64,000 nucleotides of DNA from Octopus bimaculoides (taxonomy: Eukaryota), in assembly GCF_001194135.2 (NCBI RefSeq), contig NC_068990.1, positions 20,694,143 to 20,758,142 of the forward strand, read 5' to 3'. Shown piece by piece: positions 22,784 to 36,872 of this stretch. The notes below the pieces were generated by a model. It was not told the origin of the DNA and ran no database searches. It worked only from the letters and a program-made list of their open reading frames with translations. Within the stretch, counting starts at the first letter, position 1; each line of letters opens with the position of its first letter. A program made the position numbers and the translations under genes.

Positions 22784-24327
22784 AGATATATGTATATATA
22801 TATATGTATATACACATATGCATATATACACATACACATATATATATACATATGTGTGTGTGTATATATATATATTTATAAAGAAATAAAAATGCACGCA
22901 TATAAACACGTTCATTGATGTGCATAGTCACACACTCATACTGAAACAGTCGCAGGAATGTATGAGTAAAGTAGCATGCACACAGACATCATTCGCTGTT
23001 TTTCACTTATATGACACCTTAATAGTCACACAATATTCCCCGCTCTTTACCATTAATTGTTTTCTCTGTTGTTCATATATACAGATTAATGTACAGAGAG
23101 AGAAAAGGGGAGAAGATATTCGGGAGCGGGGTACGTATAGAAGGAATAGGGGAAGAAAAAAAATCTAATAACAACTATGTTGTATCACCATTGTAAAAGA
23201 GCCAATAAATGAATAGCTTAGCAGAGAAGGGAGAGACAGCGAGCGAGGGAGAAAGAAAGACAGATATTGTTTAGGAGCAAAATGGTGTAATGATATTGTA
23301 AGCTGGGTACGATTAGAGGACATGAGATGTGAAAGGAATAATAAAAAACGATGCAACTGTCATCTTTTGACAGTGATAATTTGCTGTATGAAATTCTAGT
23401 AGATTCTTTGTTCTCTCAACCATTTATTCTAATGCCACGTACCCTCGGCTTTTGTTTTTGTCCTTATGTATTGTTTTTGTATTCTTTTGCTTTTATTTAT
23501 TTGTTTTTTTTTCTGTTTAGCTCCGTTCGTTTTTGTCGTTTTTCGTCTTTTTGGTTACATACATATAATTCTCCTTAGCTTTATTTTCTTATTTATTTTA
23601 CACACACATACCATATACATTTCAGTAAAGGCATATACATACACACATACATACACACACATATATGAAATTATATATATACACATACATACTGCATACA
23701 TACGCACATATATATATATTTGTATGTATATATATGGGTGTGTGTGTGTGTACGTGTATATATATATATATTTATGTATCATATTCATATNNNNNNNNNN
23801 NNNNNNNNNNNNNNNNNNNNNNNNNNNNNNNNNNNNNNNNNNNNNNNNNNNNNNNNNNNNNNNNNNNNNNNNNNNNNNNNNNNNNNNNNNNNNNNNNNNN
23901 NNNNNNNNNNNNNNNNNNNNNNNNNNNNNNNNNNNNNNNNNNNNNNNNNNNNNNNNNNNNNNNNNNNNNNNNNNNNNNNNNNNNNNNNNNNNNNNNNNNN
24001 NNNNNNNNNNNNNNNNNNNNNNNNNNNNNNNNNNNNNNNNNNNNNNNNNNNNNNNNNNNNNNNNNNNNNNNNNNNNNNNNNNNNNNNNNNNNNNNNNNNN
24101 NNNNNNNNNNNNNNNNNNNNNNNNNNNNNNNNNNNNNNNNNNNNNNNNNNNNNNNNNNNNNNNNNNNNNNNNNNNNNNNNNNNNNNNNNNNNNNNNNNNN
24201 NNNNNNNNNNNNNNNNNNNNNNNNNNNNNNNNNNNNNNNNNNNNNNNNNNNNNNNNNNNNNNNNNNNNNNNNNNNNNNNNNNNNNNNNNNNNNNNNNNNN
24301 NNNNNNNNNNNNNNNNNNNNNNNNNNN

Positions 24328-24409
<82 letters not shown>

Positions 24410-24920
24410 CAGAGAGAGAAAGTCAGACAGACAGACAGAGAAAGAGAGAAAGGAACAGAGGTAGAAAGAAAGGAGGAAACTGAGAGATATGAGAGGAGGG
24501 GCTGATATACACAAACTCACTCTCATATACATGCGCACACGCACATTTCTATGTGCGTATTCGTGCATATGTATGTTTTTTTTTTATGTGTGTCTCGTTT
24601 AAATATTCTGGAGACCACCCAGGAACATCTCTAGGACGTGTTCTACATGGATTTGCCGACAACAGACGATGTGCGATGGATATGTTTTAGCAATAAGCGA
24701 TAACATGAAGTTACCACATACAAGCATATATATATAAACACGCACACACATGCACACACACAAATANNNNNNNNNNTATGTATACAAACACAGATATGTA
24801 TATATATCTATAAACACACATGTATATATTTATATGCAGAGAGAGGGGTATGAGAATGATACTTGTACACAAATATACATAAAACATATATACGCTCACA
24901 CATATCTGTATGTATGAGCG

Positions 24921-24955
<35 letters not shown>

Positions 24956-24960
24956 ATGTT

Positions 24961-25008
<48 letters not shown>

Positions 25009-26188
25009 CAAAGTTGTATTTAGGTATGGAGTCCTCTGTCAATATTCCTGTCACATATCAGACTGCGACCCGTCCGCTTTTCTTTTTCAAATTCTCTTTT
25101 CATGAATGTAAGAAAGGTAAGATCAGATTCGGTGTTAAACCTTCTGAAATACTTAGCCTTTTGCATTGCTTCGTTGCGATCCTCTCTCCTGAATTGCTGA
25201 TTTACGTTAGTGTCCTATTATTTCTGCCAAAAGACCTAATCCACTCAAAGGGCTTTGTTTGGCAACGGGCTACAGTAGACGGCACTTGGTCATGATGCCA
25301 TGCCCGTTGTAACTAATTTGATATTCTTAAATAAAGGAGAATTTCTTAAAATCTAACATCTACCTTTGTTCCTCTGGCACATTATATCTTAAAATTACGT
25401 CCGGAATTTCAGATAATTCTTGGTTATGTTTCTGTTTAGTTTTACTACAGATAGAGAGGTGATCTAAATAGCCGTGCATGACTAATAGACAATCGTATTG
25501 ATTTTTCTTGAATAGAATTGTCTATAATTTGTTGGAAACACACGACACCTTTCGTAGAATCGAAACTAAGATATTTAAACGGCCATGAAATCAGTTAAAA
25601 CTTTTGTGATTAGAATACAAAGCTTCTGAGTCGAATACGTTGAGTTAATAGAACTAAATACTTCGTCCGAAAATATTGTATTAAGTCGTTTAATTTGTGC
25701 AATAGTCAAGGGTTTATATAGGTGAAATTATTTATAATTAATGTGCCTTGAAGAAGTAATTAGCACTTGTCTTTTGTTACAATCGTTTACGGCGTATAAC
25801 TTATTACGCCGAAGCAAGATACTTACCTTGATAATCTCTTCGTTGAGAACTGTATTTATTGAAGTTAATCTCGCTATCAGGTGATACAATGTAACGCGAT
25901 TTCAAAGCTACGTGTTTAAAATCTGGTCTCAGATACGAAATGATTCTGAAAGAATTATATTTTAGCAAGGCCGAAGTAGAAGTGGTTGAAGGTGAAGATG
26001 TCGGATCCCGCTTGTGCAGAATAAAAGATTACCAATAATATAATTGCATAGCAATGATGTACTTCTACGAAACACATGTGACTGCAAATGCATTATTTTA
26101 CTTACAATCCAATAAATAAAAGAATTTATTAGTTAGTGAAACACCGAACTAAATACGCTCATAATTAAAATAAAGTCTCGTGTCTGAA

Positions 26189-26751
26189 GTAACAGATGTT
26201 GAACTCAGTGTGCAACAATTAATAGAGTATATTGATTTGCTATAAGGACGGATCGATCAAAGGTTTCACGTACTTGTCCATGGTCTGACCCTGAAGTAGG
26301 AAATTATTCTGTGGCTCCGCCCTAATGTGTTTTCTCTGTGATAATTGTAACCCACGTCTCCAACCATTTGCACTTTGGCCACGTTAAAGTTTAATCCGTT
26401 CAGAGTCATTTCTAATCCTAGTTTACAATAAAGGCTTTCAAACTCTCTTAGTGGATCGACAGATGTCTGAAAATTATCACATTTTCTTAAAATATAAATA
26501 AATCATATCGTATGCTGGATATTGTATGGAATCCTTTGGATAATATTTCACACAGAGCTAATACATTATACTCGATAAGTTACAACTGTCACAGAGAAAA
26601 CACACTTGGGTGGGGCGATAGAATATATTTCTACATCAAGGTCAGACTATGAACAAACGCTGGAAACCTGTGACCGTTCCGTCCTTATAGCAAATCAATA
26701 TAGTAAAATTCGATCTGTATTAATTGTGCACCTGAGTTCAACATTAGTTAC
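26189..26751. mobile_element. Old foldback/MITE with ~165-bp inverted arms
   Basis: 26189-~26352 is the reverse complement of ~26578-26751 at roughly 80% identity, e.g. tatattgatttgctataaggacgga / tccgtccttatagcaaatcaatata. Confidence 0.8.
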
Positions 26752-27944
26752 CTTGGATTCTTGAATTTACGGTATTTCAGCAACATTTGGCCCATTGTGT
26801 TACCAACGAATAATTTCTTTTATTAGTTGAAGTCATTTGATTGCGGCAATGCTGGGGCACCGCCTTGTAGGATTTAGTCGGGAAAATCGCTTTCAGTACC
26901 TGTTTCTTTAAAGCCTGGTACATATCCTACCCTTTTTTTTTGCCGAACAGTTAAGTTACGAGGACGTAAACAAACCAACACCATAAGACATATAAGACAT
27001 GCTGGGGCGCAAAGATACACACACACACACACACACACACATGCCTACAATGAGTTATGCGGGCAGTCGGCAATCGGCTAATTTGACATGTGTTCATATT
27101 CTGAATAACGAACCAAAGCCCTGATAAACGGCTCGGCACATTTTCAAGTCTAATTATATCATCAGTACATTGAAACACATACTGAGAAAATGTAAATCTA
27201 GCTTAAAATTTTGTTTTCGCAAGGACTGATTTTTATGTCTTAAACGGTCGGCTATCACATCACCTACCGATCCATCAAACTATATTTGTTTATTCTTTCA
27301 GGGCACAAGCACAATATTTCCAAGAACTTTTTTTCTTTTACGTTCAATGTTCTATTATCCCTATCATTAGTTGAAATTGGTCAATGTATGTTTCACCAAT
27401 AAAATCTGTTTTCTTTACTCCATTTGCTCTCCCTTTTTTTACTGTCACCTATTTTCTAACATTTTATATATTTTTAAAACTATTTAAGATATATCACCTT
27501 CCCTAAATTCGTTGTTATTATTATTATTATTTTTGTTGAGTTCTCTATGTGTCTATTCGCATAGTTTGTTTTCGTTAAGCCTCTTGCTCATGTTAAAGCG
27601 TTTTATTTTGTTACTTCTAGACTTACGTTTCAAATATTTTCACCAGATGTTTATTATTTTTGCTCGGATTTATCGACTTCATTATTTAGTAAGTCATCCC
27701 TCTCAAAGTAGCCCTATAAATTATTATGTTGGTGATAGTTTCTCAGTCATTAGTTCCTTAGAACGTTGAAAAACGTATAGACTCCTATGTTTAAACTATT
27801 TGTTTTTCACGCACTCAATTTCTATGAGGACTTCATTACTTAGCCATCAATTGGATTTATCAAAAAACAAAATGGTTAGATTATTTTAGCAGAATGGAAA
27901 TCCCGAGGAAAAATATTGCTTTACAATTCTTCATGAACAAGTTG

Positions 27945-28220
27945 CCATATAAATATCAAGGTACTGACCAAACTATCCGATGTCGTTATACATCGCTGGT
28001 CACAATGTACATCACATTGTTTCGGCCTTTGAACGATGTCCTCCTGATCAAAAATAAATTCCGTCGCTGTGTTAATTATTTACAGCTACGTGCACTGGGT
28101 CAACGGGAAATGAAGTGTTTTGCAAAAGAACACAACACGCCACCCAGTCCTGGAATCGAACAGACGATCTAGCAATCGACAGTGTAACAAGCAAACCACT
28201 AGGCCAAGCGTCTTCACGCC
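27945..28220 (-). mobile_element. tRNA-derived SINE (family B)
   Basis: Reverse complement has a ggcctagtggtt...gttcgattcc head and a tgtgttcttttgcaaaacactt core. Confidence 0.65.
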
Positions 28221-28356
28221 TTATAAATATACATATTCGTAAGTACATAATAAAGAGAGAGTTGTCGAAGTTCACAAAGTGTTTTGAGAGTCTGGCAGCT
28301 GAACCAAATCACTGTGGCAATTGACACGGTTCTTAAATTAGACACCGTGATATATA

Positions 28357-28548
28357 TCGCCATGATCGACCGCTAGCCACTAAAGCATTTTTTTATTCTC
28401 TTTTTTTTTTTCTCGTGTTCCTTTCTGTTGAAGAACGTAGGCTCGAAACGTAAAAGACTTTCTCAACTTCCCGAGCGTTAAACAAATACACTTTTTATTT
28501 GTTGTTTACACACCTGTCTTCGGCTTTTGCTTTTTGTAAATTCCAACT
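28357..28548 (+). mobile_element. HH-family short repeat copy
   Basis: cgccatgatcgacc...ctttctgttgaagaacgtaggctcgaaacgtaaaaga...cacctgtcttc; abuts a gap. Confidence 0.8.
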
Positions 28549-28904
28549 NNNNNNNNNNNNNNNNNNNNNNNNNNNNNNNNNNNNNNNNNNNNNNNNNNNN
28601 NNNNNNNNNNNNNNNNNNNNNNNNNNNNNNNNNNNNNNNNNNNNNNNNNNNNNNNNNNNNNNNNNNNNNNNNNNNNNNNNNNNNNNNNNNNNNNNTGTGT
28701 GTGTGTGTGTGTGTTTATTAATTCGTTTCGAATATTATAAGTTACATATTTGATTATATTTGTCTTGGACAACAGGATTACTCCCCAATATTTATCAACT
28801 GCATGGCTAACTGAGGTAGTTACATAAGTGGTACTCTAATGTATATGTGTTTCGTATGCAGAGCACTCATCTCAGATATTTTATCTTCAGTTGCAATGCT
28901 TTTC

Positions 28905-29240
28905 ACTTGGCTCAGTAATTAAAGCGTCGGTCTCACAACCATGAAGTAGTGAGTGCGATTTCCCGATCGGGTTGTATTGTGTTCTTGAGGAAGACACTTT
29001 ATTTCACCTTGCTCCAGTTCACTCAGCTGTAGAGATGATTTGCGACGTCACTGATGCGAAGCTGTATCGGCCTTTACCTTTACCTTGGATAACATCGGCT
29101 GCATGGGGAGAGGGGGGTTGTATGTATTGGCGACCGCTGGTCTTGCTTAAAAAACAAGCATGCCCAGATTTGTGCCTCAGAGGATAAGTGTGTAGGCGCA
29201 ATCACATGGTCATTCATGACAGAAGGGGGTCTATACCCTT
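28905..29240 (+). mobile_element. tRNA-derived SINE (family B)
   Basis: A/B-box-like head, then tgtgttcttgaggaagacactttatttcac core; homologous to 35820-36135. Confidence 0.7.
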
Positions 29241-29499
29241 ACCCTTTATTCTTAAGAGACACAAATACAATGCAACATTTCATTTGAAACAAAGTTATAG
29301 CAATGATTTCTTATTATTTACACGTAAATTTATAAACGAAATGCATGCACATATATGTGTATATGTGTATGTATCTGGAAACAAAGTCAAGGAAACTAAG
29401 ATCCTCGTCCTCCCTCATTGCAGAAAGCTCATTAAATACAACTAGTTTAGAACAAAATAAAAGAAAATATGTCAAAGTCTGCAAGGCAGTAACTAAGTC

Positions 29500-30320
29500 T
29501 AGAGCAGATGAAACTCTCCAATTCAATAGAAGAAACCTGTCCAAGTGTTTACACTTGCTAAAAATTTCAGATCTCGAATTAAGTGTTGGAATTGCTGGAT
29601 CTATGAAAAATATGAGATTTTTCTGCAACGCATAAGTTGTATTTCTTAGATCCATTATAATATGACTTGGAGTTCTTCACTATTATCCACTTAATTGTAT
29701 ATGGCGTGGAACTGCTCTTCAAATTCCATGCATGAATAGTCAATTTCCTTTTATCGATGTACCGGTAAGAAGATAAGCAGTTGGCATAACTTCTCTTGAT
29801 TTCGCCCTCACGTAACTCAATGCTATTATTCTTTTGAATTGATTTGTCTTGGAGCGTAGCTGTAACTTCAGCCTCCTCTATGAGTTTATCATACACGCCT
29901 GGACAAGTAAGCAAGCTTCAGAGTGTCCACAGTCACAACCGGAAGTGGTCTCTTGGTGACTTTTGCGAGTTATAATGTTCTTCATTTTGGAAAAGCAGCA
30001 CTGTGAAACTTTTACGGAGCGTCTGTAAAAAATGTCCCTGTAATTTTTTTCTTCTTCTAGTTTCAGCTCAGAGCTGCGGCCATGCTGATGCACTGCCGTT
30101 TCTTTTTCCGATCGCAGGGCCTCGACAAAGTCCCGCGTCGTTATTTTTCGTCAATACCTCCTCGTGCCGGGAGTGGGTAATTTGCGTGCCTCCTGCCTTC
30201 TTTGGATGTGGTAGCCGCTTCGCATGCTCCCTCTCCGAATTTATTGGAAAATGATGAGTATCTCTCCATTGGAACTGTATACCGGCATAAAGTTCCTTTT
30301 ATTACCATTTCGAAAGTCAA
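29500..30320 (-). mobile_element. Penelope-like retroelement fragment (GIY-YIG endonuclease region), degenerate
   Basis: Frame-broken motifs: VKVSQCCFSKMKNIITR; CDC...CLLVQACM; LTIHAWNLK...YTIKWII...SYYNGSKKYNLCVAEK; LNSRSEIFSKCKH. These match the C-terminus of Penelope/Poseidon-type ORFs. Confidence 0.8.
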
Positions 30321-31089
30321 TTAAAACATATTTCATTTAAAAATTGTTTTATGCATATTTCCACTGCATTAACATCTCGCAATTGTAGTCGCATCTAGTC
30401 ACTGTCAAATAGTGATTAGGTTATGCATCTTTATTCAAGGTGTACCCATTAAAATGGTTAGAAGCGAACTGCGGATTATAACTAAGTACTTGAATGTTTG
30501 AATGTTACCCGCCTGGACATTAAATTCCTCTCTAGTCACTATATATATATATATATATATACGTGTGCGTGTGTGTGTATTAATATGTGATCGCATTTAC
30601 ACATACAACGGTACACACGCCTTCCTTTTGGCATCAAAAGTATTTGCGAATTAAGTTTCGCAGGTTATTTTGAAACTTTATAAACTTCCAATCCCTTTTA
30701 TGATTAATGTAGTTTATGTCTCTTAAAGAATGGATTTTAACAGAGAGTCTGATCATTTTTAAGCATCGACATCAAGCAGCTAATTAAGTACGCTTCTATT
30801 GGCAACTAACAAAGAAACAAAGTACAAAGAGATGTAAAGAAAAAAAAACTGGACAAATGCTACCTATATCATTGTCTGTTATCATTTAAAATATTTGGCG
30901 TCGAAGATAATTAATGTCATTGAAAGTAATAAATTGTATTTAGGCAAGCAGAAATATGAAAGACCGTTTTTATAAGCTTTTTATAAGAAACTATTGATTA
31001 TCATACATTTGTAGTTGATCTCCGTAAAAAAGAAACGAAGTTTGGTGTTATTATAATACATAATGATTATACTTTTAGTTTAGCTGAAC

Positions 31090-31168
<79 letters not shown>

Positions 31169-31282
31169 GATGTACGTGTATAAATAATATATTTTTATGA
31201 ATATATTTTAACGTCGATACCCGCTAACAATTATACTGTCCTATGTACCTTCATTAGGATGTGCAGTGTGCAAGTGCATAAT

Positions 31283-31316
<34 letters not shown>

Positions 31317-32061
31317 TGTCATTATTCAGTTTTGTTTCAAGATTTCCTGCTTATAAAGAAATAACCGGNNNNNNNNNNNNNNNNNNNNNNNNNNNNNNNN
31401 NNNNNNNNNNNNNNNNNNNNNNNNNNNNNNNNNNNNNNNNNNNNNNNNNNNNNNNNNNNNNNNNNNNNNNNNNNNNNNNNNNNNNNNNNNNNNNNNNNNN
31501 NNNNNNNNNNNNNNNNNNNNNNNNNNNNNNNNNNNNNNNNNNNNNNNNNNNNNNNNNNNNNNNNNNNNNNNNNNNNNNNNNNNNNNNNNNNNNNNNNNNN
31601 NNNNNNNNNNNNNNNNNNNNNNNNNNNNNNNNNNNNNNNNNNNNNNNNNNNNNNNNNNNNNNNNNNNNNNNNNNNNNNNNNNNNNNNNNNNNNNNNNNNN
31701 NNNNNNNNNNNNNNNNNNNNNNNNNNNNNNNNNNNNNNNNNNNNNNNNNNNNNNNNNNNNNNNNNNNNNNNNNNNNNNNNNNNNNNNNNNNNNNNNNNNN
31801 NNNNNNNNNNNNNNNNNNNNNNNNNNNNNNNNNNNNNNNNNNNNNNNNNNNNNNNNNNNNNNNNNNNNNNNNNNNNNNNNNNNNNNNNNNNNNNNNNNNN
31901 NNNNNNNNNNNNNNNNNNNNNNNNNNNNNNNNNNNNNNNNNNNNNNNNNNNNNNNNNNNNNNNNNNNNNNNNNNNNNNNNNNNNNNNNNNNNNNNNNNNN
32001 NNNNNNNNNNNNNNNNNNNNNNNNNNNNNNNNNNNNNNNNNNNNNNNNNNNNNNNNNNNNN

Positions 32062-32097
<36 letters not shown>

Positions 32098-32098
<1 letters not shown>

Positions 32099-32230
32099 GT
32101 GAGCTGACAGAATCTCAATGTACTGTGTTGAAATTCCTCCGAGGTTGACTGCGTTTCCTTCATTCGGAGTCGATAAAATAAGTACCAGTTGAGTACAGGG
32201 GTCGATTACATCAACCAGCCTCCTTCCACA
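32098..32230 (+). mobile_element. SINE family A, internally deleted
   Basis: gagctgacagaatc...gtcgataaaataagtaccagtt...ggggtcgat. Confidence 0.7.
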
Positions 32231-33050
32231 GACTCGCTAGATGCATTTTATGCTTTCAAACTATTAGCATTATCTTGTTACTGAACAATTTGGGGATCAA
32301 ACTATTATTGAAAATATGAGGTCATGAAGTTTTTTAAAAACCTTTTAAACTTTCCTTTGTTTAGAAAAAAATTGCCTGTTTTCTGGTTACGTTTTACAAA
32401 GTTGATTACGTAAAGGTATTCTTTAAAATTTTCTTTTCTTATAGTGATAAAAGAAAAAATAAACTCTATCCAAAGTTTGCGGACCATGTAGATTACATAA
32501 TATTTAATTAAAATAGCAAAAGGAAGAAAGACCAAGAACAAAAGATGTATTATTGTTTTGATGGATATTCACAATTCCTCCATTGGCAAAGAATAGCGTG
32601 TCAGTACGTTTCTGTCGTGTATGTATGCATTGTATTCTTTTCTTTTTCCTTTCATTAATATTATCCGAACCTGCTGGCGATTTCTGGAGCAGAACACCAC
32701 TGGTTGTGCAAAAGGCGGAATTAGAAAAAAAAAAGGATGAACATTTTTTTAAAAGTTGTGATAATACAGCACACACACCTGGGAAAATGTAATAAAATGT
32801 ATTCGAAAAACCCCAAAAAAAAAGAACAACAACAAGAAATGTATAAAATATAATGTAGATGCTAGCATTGCCAACACGGATTTCGATTACATGTTAAGTA
32901 CCCTCTATGGAATTGAATCATTAGCTCTTTAATCCTCTTCTTTAGGGAACTGCCACAGGCAAAAAACCTCTTGCGTAGAGCGAGCGAGCAAGCAAAAGAG
33001 AAAGAAGAAAAACGAAAGAAGGAAAGATAGAGCGAAAGAGAGATGGAAAG

Positions 33051-33131
<81 letters not shown>

Positions 33132-33293
33132 NNNNNNNNNNNNNNNNNNNNNNNNNNNNNNNNNNNNNNNNNNNNNNNNNNNNNNNNNNNNNNNNNNNNN
33201 NNNNNNNNNNNNNNNNNNNNNNNNNNNNNNNNNNNNNNNNNNNNNNNNNNNNNNNNNNNNNNNNNNNNNNNNNNNNNNNNNNNNNNNNNNNNN

Positions 33294-33331
<38 letters not shown>

Positions 33332-33716
33332 CCTTTTCTCAGCAGAGGCACATATATTTCAGAGTTTAGCTTTAGGTTAGGGCATGAATCAACATTTGAT
33401 TTCGTTGAGAGAATATCCTCAACCGATTCAGCACCCTAAAGTTATCTTCCCGAAGTGTCTTTAGCACTTTTTATTTACCTCGTGACTAGTGATGGGAACA
33501 CATACAATACTGCAAAATAAAATTTGGTATATCCAAGAATGTAAAAAATAAACAACGACAAAAAAATCTAGGGATTTTATGTAAGAAAAAGCAGTGGCTT
33601 CCTTCATTTTGTTTTCCTTACATTGTAGTTAAGAAAAGGGTAAGTATATTTATAGACTATGTTAATTGAATACAACTGTACGAAAGACTAGTAGGGTTGA
33701 TATTTCACATTTCGAA

Positions 33717-33935
33717 GGCGGTGAGCTGGCAGAATCATTACCACATCGGACGAAACGCTTAGCGGTATTTCGTCTGTCTTTACGTTCTGAGTTTAAATTT
33801 CATCGAGGTCGACTTTGCCCTTTATCCTTTCGGGGTCGATAAATTAAGTACTACTTGCGTACTGGGGTCGATGTAATCGACTTGTCACCCTCTACAAAAA
33901 GAAATATTTCGGGCCTTGTGCCTAAAGTAGAAAAG
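33717..33935 (+). mobile_element. SINE family A, near full length
   Basis: ggcggtgagctggcagaatc head, gttctgagtttaaatt B-box, gtcgactttgcc...ggggtcgataaattaagtac core, ggccttgtgcctaaagtagaaaag tail. Confidence 0.85.
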
Positions 33936-34170
33936 AAAATTTAGAACGTTAGAGAAGATGATTAGCGTCATTTCACCCATCTTTTACGTTCTGTAACACT
34001 CAAAACGTAAAGACAGAAGAAACACCGTCTAGATAGATTCTGCCTTTCATTCTCTGACTAACATCAGGCTTGAAACTCAAGATTACGAACTTAAATCAAA
34101 CTGTTTTGATCCATACATGTAACTCCAAATAAATTGGTTGAGCACCCTTCTTTCGTTTGTCCACACAATC

Positions 34171-34202
<32 letters not shown>

Positions 34203-34204
<2 letters not shown>

Positions 34205-34840
34205 ATCTTTTTTAATACGGGGGCCACATTTTTCATTAACGAAACACTTTGAAACTTGGAACACTGGTAGAATGTGTCATATAAAACATCTTTTTCTCTT
34301 AGTCTTCTTAAAAAAAAAAAGAAATCCCTAAGTTATTCCATGTTAAAGTTGTCGTATTTCTGTAATTTCAACCAATCACTGACGTCCATTCAGCCGATAT
34401 ACATTAAGTGCCGACTACATAAACAAACGATTCTGAAACAATTCTATCGGTGATAGGGTTAGGGTTAGGGTTAGGGTAAAACACCNNNNNNNNNNNNNNN
34501 NNNNNNNNNNNNNNNNNNNNNNNNNNNNNNNNNNNNNNNNNNNNNNNNNNNNNNNNNNNNNNNNNNNNNNNNNNNNNNNNNNNNNNNNNNNNNNNNNNNN
34601 NNNNNNNNNNNNNNNNNNNNNNNNNNNNNNNNNNNNNNNNNNNNNNNNNNNNNNNNNNNNNNNNNNNNNNNNNNNATCGAAATAAGACAATTTTTTACAT
34701 GAAATAAATTCGAATACAAAAATATTTTTCTGTTCTATAACACAAAATAGATAAGTATACGAAGTTTGAAAGTCTTTCCGTACCAAAAACACTACGTAAA
34801 ACATTAATGAAAAATGTGGCCCCCGTTTTAAAAAAGATCC
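34203..34840. mobile_element. Non-autonomous TIR DNA element inserted in (TA)n, with an internal (TTAGGG)n
   Basis: 37-bp TIRs with one mismatch (34203-34239 and 34804-34840, GGATCTTTTTTAA(T/A)ACGGGGGCCACATTTTTCATTAA); (TA)n on both sides; TAGGGTTAGGG repeats at 34454-34477; gap at 34486-34675. Confidence 0.88.
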
Positions 34841-34862
34841 ATATATATATATATATATATAT

Positions 34863-35060
34863 GGGAGAATATACAAATAATAACAACAGACGAGGACAGG
34901 TGGTGTAAATAACAAAAGTATATATTAGTATGACGCTCGGGAATACGGAAAGTCTTTGACGTTTCGAGCTACGCTCTTCAACAGAAAGAATACGGAGACA
35001 AGGAGAAAAACACGGAGAAAAAAAAATTGAATAGTGTTCAGTCAGCGGTCAATCATAATA
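34863..35060 (-). mobile_element. HH-family short repeat copy with the best-preserved motif
   Basis: 34953-34989 on the minus strand reads UCUUU-CUGUUGA-A-GAGC-gua-GCUC-GAAA-CGU-C-AAAGA. Confidence 0.82.
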
Positions 35061-35267
35061 ATTGCCGATTATAACAATGACTGACCGGAAGTTAGAAATT
35101 CTTAGACGGTAGGTGAAGGAAAGTAAGTACTACTCGTCCCGAGGCTAGTAGAAGGCACTTACCGAAGGTCCCACACAGTGGGACTGAAAATTGAATATTA
35201 ACTATTTACGGAATATTCCATTTACTGTCGAGTGACTTTTGGCCAACCTTGTATATTCTATTTGTGA

Positions 35268-35610
35268 AGGCGCGTGGATTAGTGGTTTGAGCAATCGTTT
35301 CATGATGTTACGGTCATGAGTTCGATTCACAGTGGACGTTTTTGTCCTTGAGCAAAACACGTTATTTCACTTTGTTTTAGTCAGCAATGTCTGGCAAAAA
35401 CGATTAGTACCTGCATTTCACCTGTACCTGGTCCCATTGTGTATCTCACTGAATTTCTCAGAGATGTATGTTAAAGGTACACGTGTCTGTGGAGTGCTCA
35501 GCCACTTTGACGTTAATTTCACGTGCAAGCTGTTCCGTTAATTAATCGGATCAAGTAGAATCTTCGTCGTCATAACCGACGGAGTGCCAGTTGTGTATCC
35601 GTAACGTAGA
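35268..35610 (+). mobile_element. tRNA-derived SINE (family B, variant tail)
   Basis: ggcgcgtggattagtggtt...gagttcgattc head; tgtccttgagcaaaacacgttatttcac core. Confidence 0.75.
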
Positions 35611-35819
35611 TTATTTTTCGAAATTTTTTCCTCCCGTCAGTATTTTCCTTTCTCTCCCAGGCATGTATCTATATCAATGATAATTACACGGCAATCCCAC
35701 GCACGCTCCTCGTAAAAACAAAACACCATCGTNNNNNNNNNNNNNNNNNNNNNNNNNNNNNNNNNNNNNNNNNNNNNNNNNNNNNNNNNNNNNNNNNNAT
35801 ATATATATATATATAAGCG

Positions 35820-36135
35820 AAGGTGTATGACGCTGTGGTTAGAGCGTCTGGTTCATACTCATGATGCGGTGCATTCGATTACCGAACCGTGTTGTGTCCT
35901 TTAGCATGACACTATATTTCACGTTATTCTAGTTCACTCAGCTGTAGAAATGAGTTACAACGTCATTAGTACCAAGATGTATAGGCCCTTGCCTATCCCT
36001 CGGTTAACACCGTGGGAGAGGGGAGGCTTGTGTGCATGGGTCATTGTTGGTCTTCCGCAAACAAACATGCCACGGAATTGTGCGTCGGATGGGAACATTC
36101 CAGGTGCAGTCCCATGACCATGCAAGACCGAAGAA
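35820..36135 (+). mobile_element. tRNA-derived SINE (family B)
   Basis: Homologous to 28905-29240. Confidence 0.7.
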
Positions 36136-36329
36136 TGTAGGAGGAGGTGAGATTTAGTAAGACGCTGTCTTAGGTACTTATAGAAGGGGAAAATACATAA
36201 CCAGACCCTCGTATCTTCGGGAGTAAAGAGGAAAAAGAGTAAGGGGTTTTCTCCTTTTGACTTGAGAACTAAAGTTCCAGTACCTGAACATCTCTCAGTC
36301 TGCCTATCTATCTATCTATCTATCTATCC

Positions 36330-36397
<68 letters not shown>

Positions 36398-36469
36398 GTA
36401 CGTATGTATGTAGGTATGTATATGGAGCCCTTGATCAAGACACCTTTTATCTCTCTCCGACTTTTTTAC

Positions 36470-36620
36470 CCATTCTATTTTGTTTCTTTCCATCCCATTT
36501 TGTCGAAGAGCGTAGACTCGAAACGTCACAGACATTTTCATATTTCTCAAGTGTCAAACTGACATATCTGCATGTTGTTCCCTCACCTGTTTCTCTCCCT
36601 TTCTTTTTCTGTACATCTGA
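36470..36620 (+). mobile_element. HH-family short repeat copy, decayed
   Basis: ttgtcgaagagcgtagactcgaaacgtcacaga at about 36500-36532. Confidence 0.7.
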
Positions 36621-36643
36621 ACCATATATACATATTTGTGTGC

Positions 36644-36674
<31 letters not shown>

Positions 36675-36677
36675 CAT

Positions 36678-36872
<195 letters not shown>

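Noticed and set aside
23466-24568. Long ORFs spanning N-runs (also near 31.3k, 40.7k, 42k, 45.1k and 50.1k)
   Set aside because: They stay open only because N codons and (TA)n/(CA)n repeats contain no stops.
33717-33800. tRNA genes
   Set aside because: The A/B-box-like heads are embedded in dispersed SINE bodies and I could not fold them into cloverleaves.
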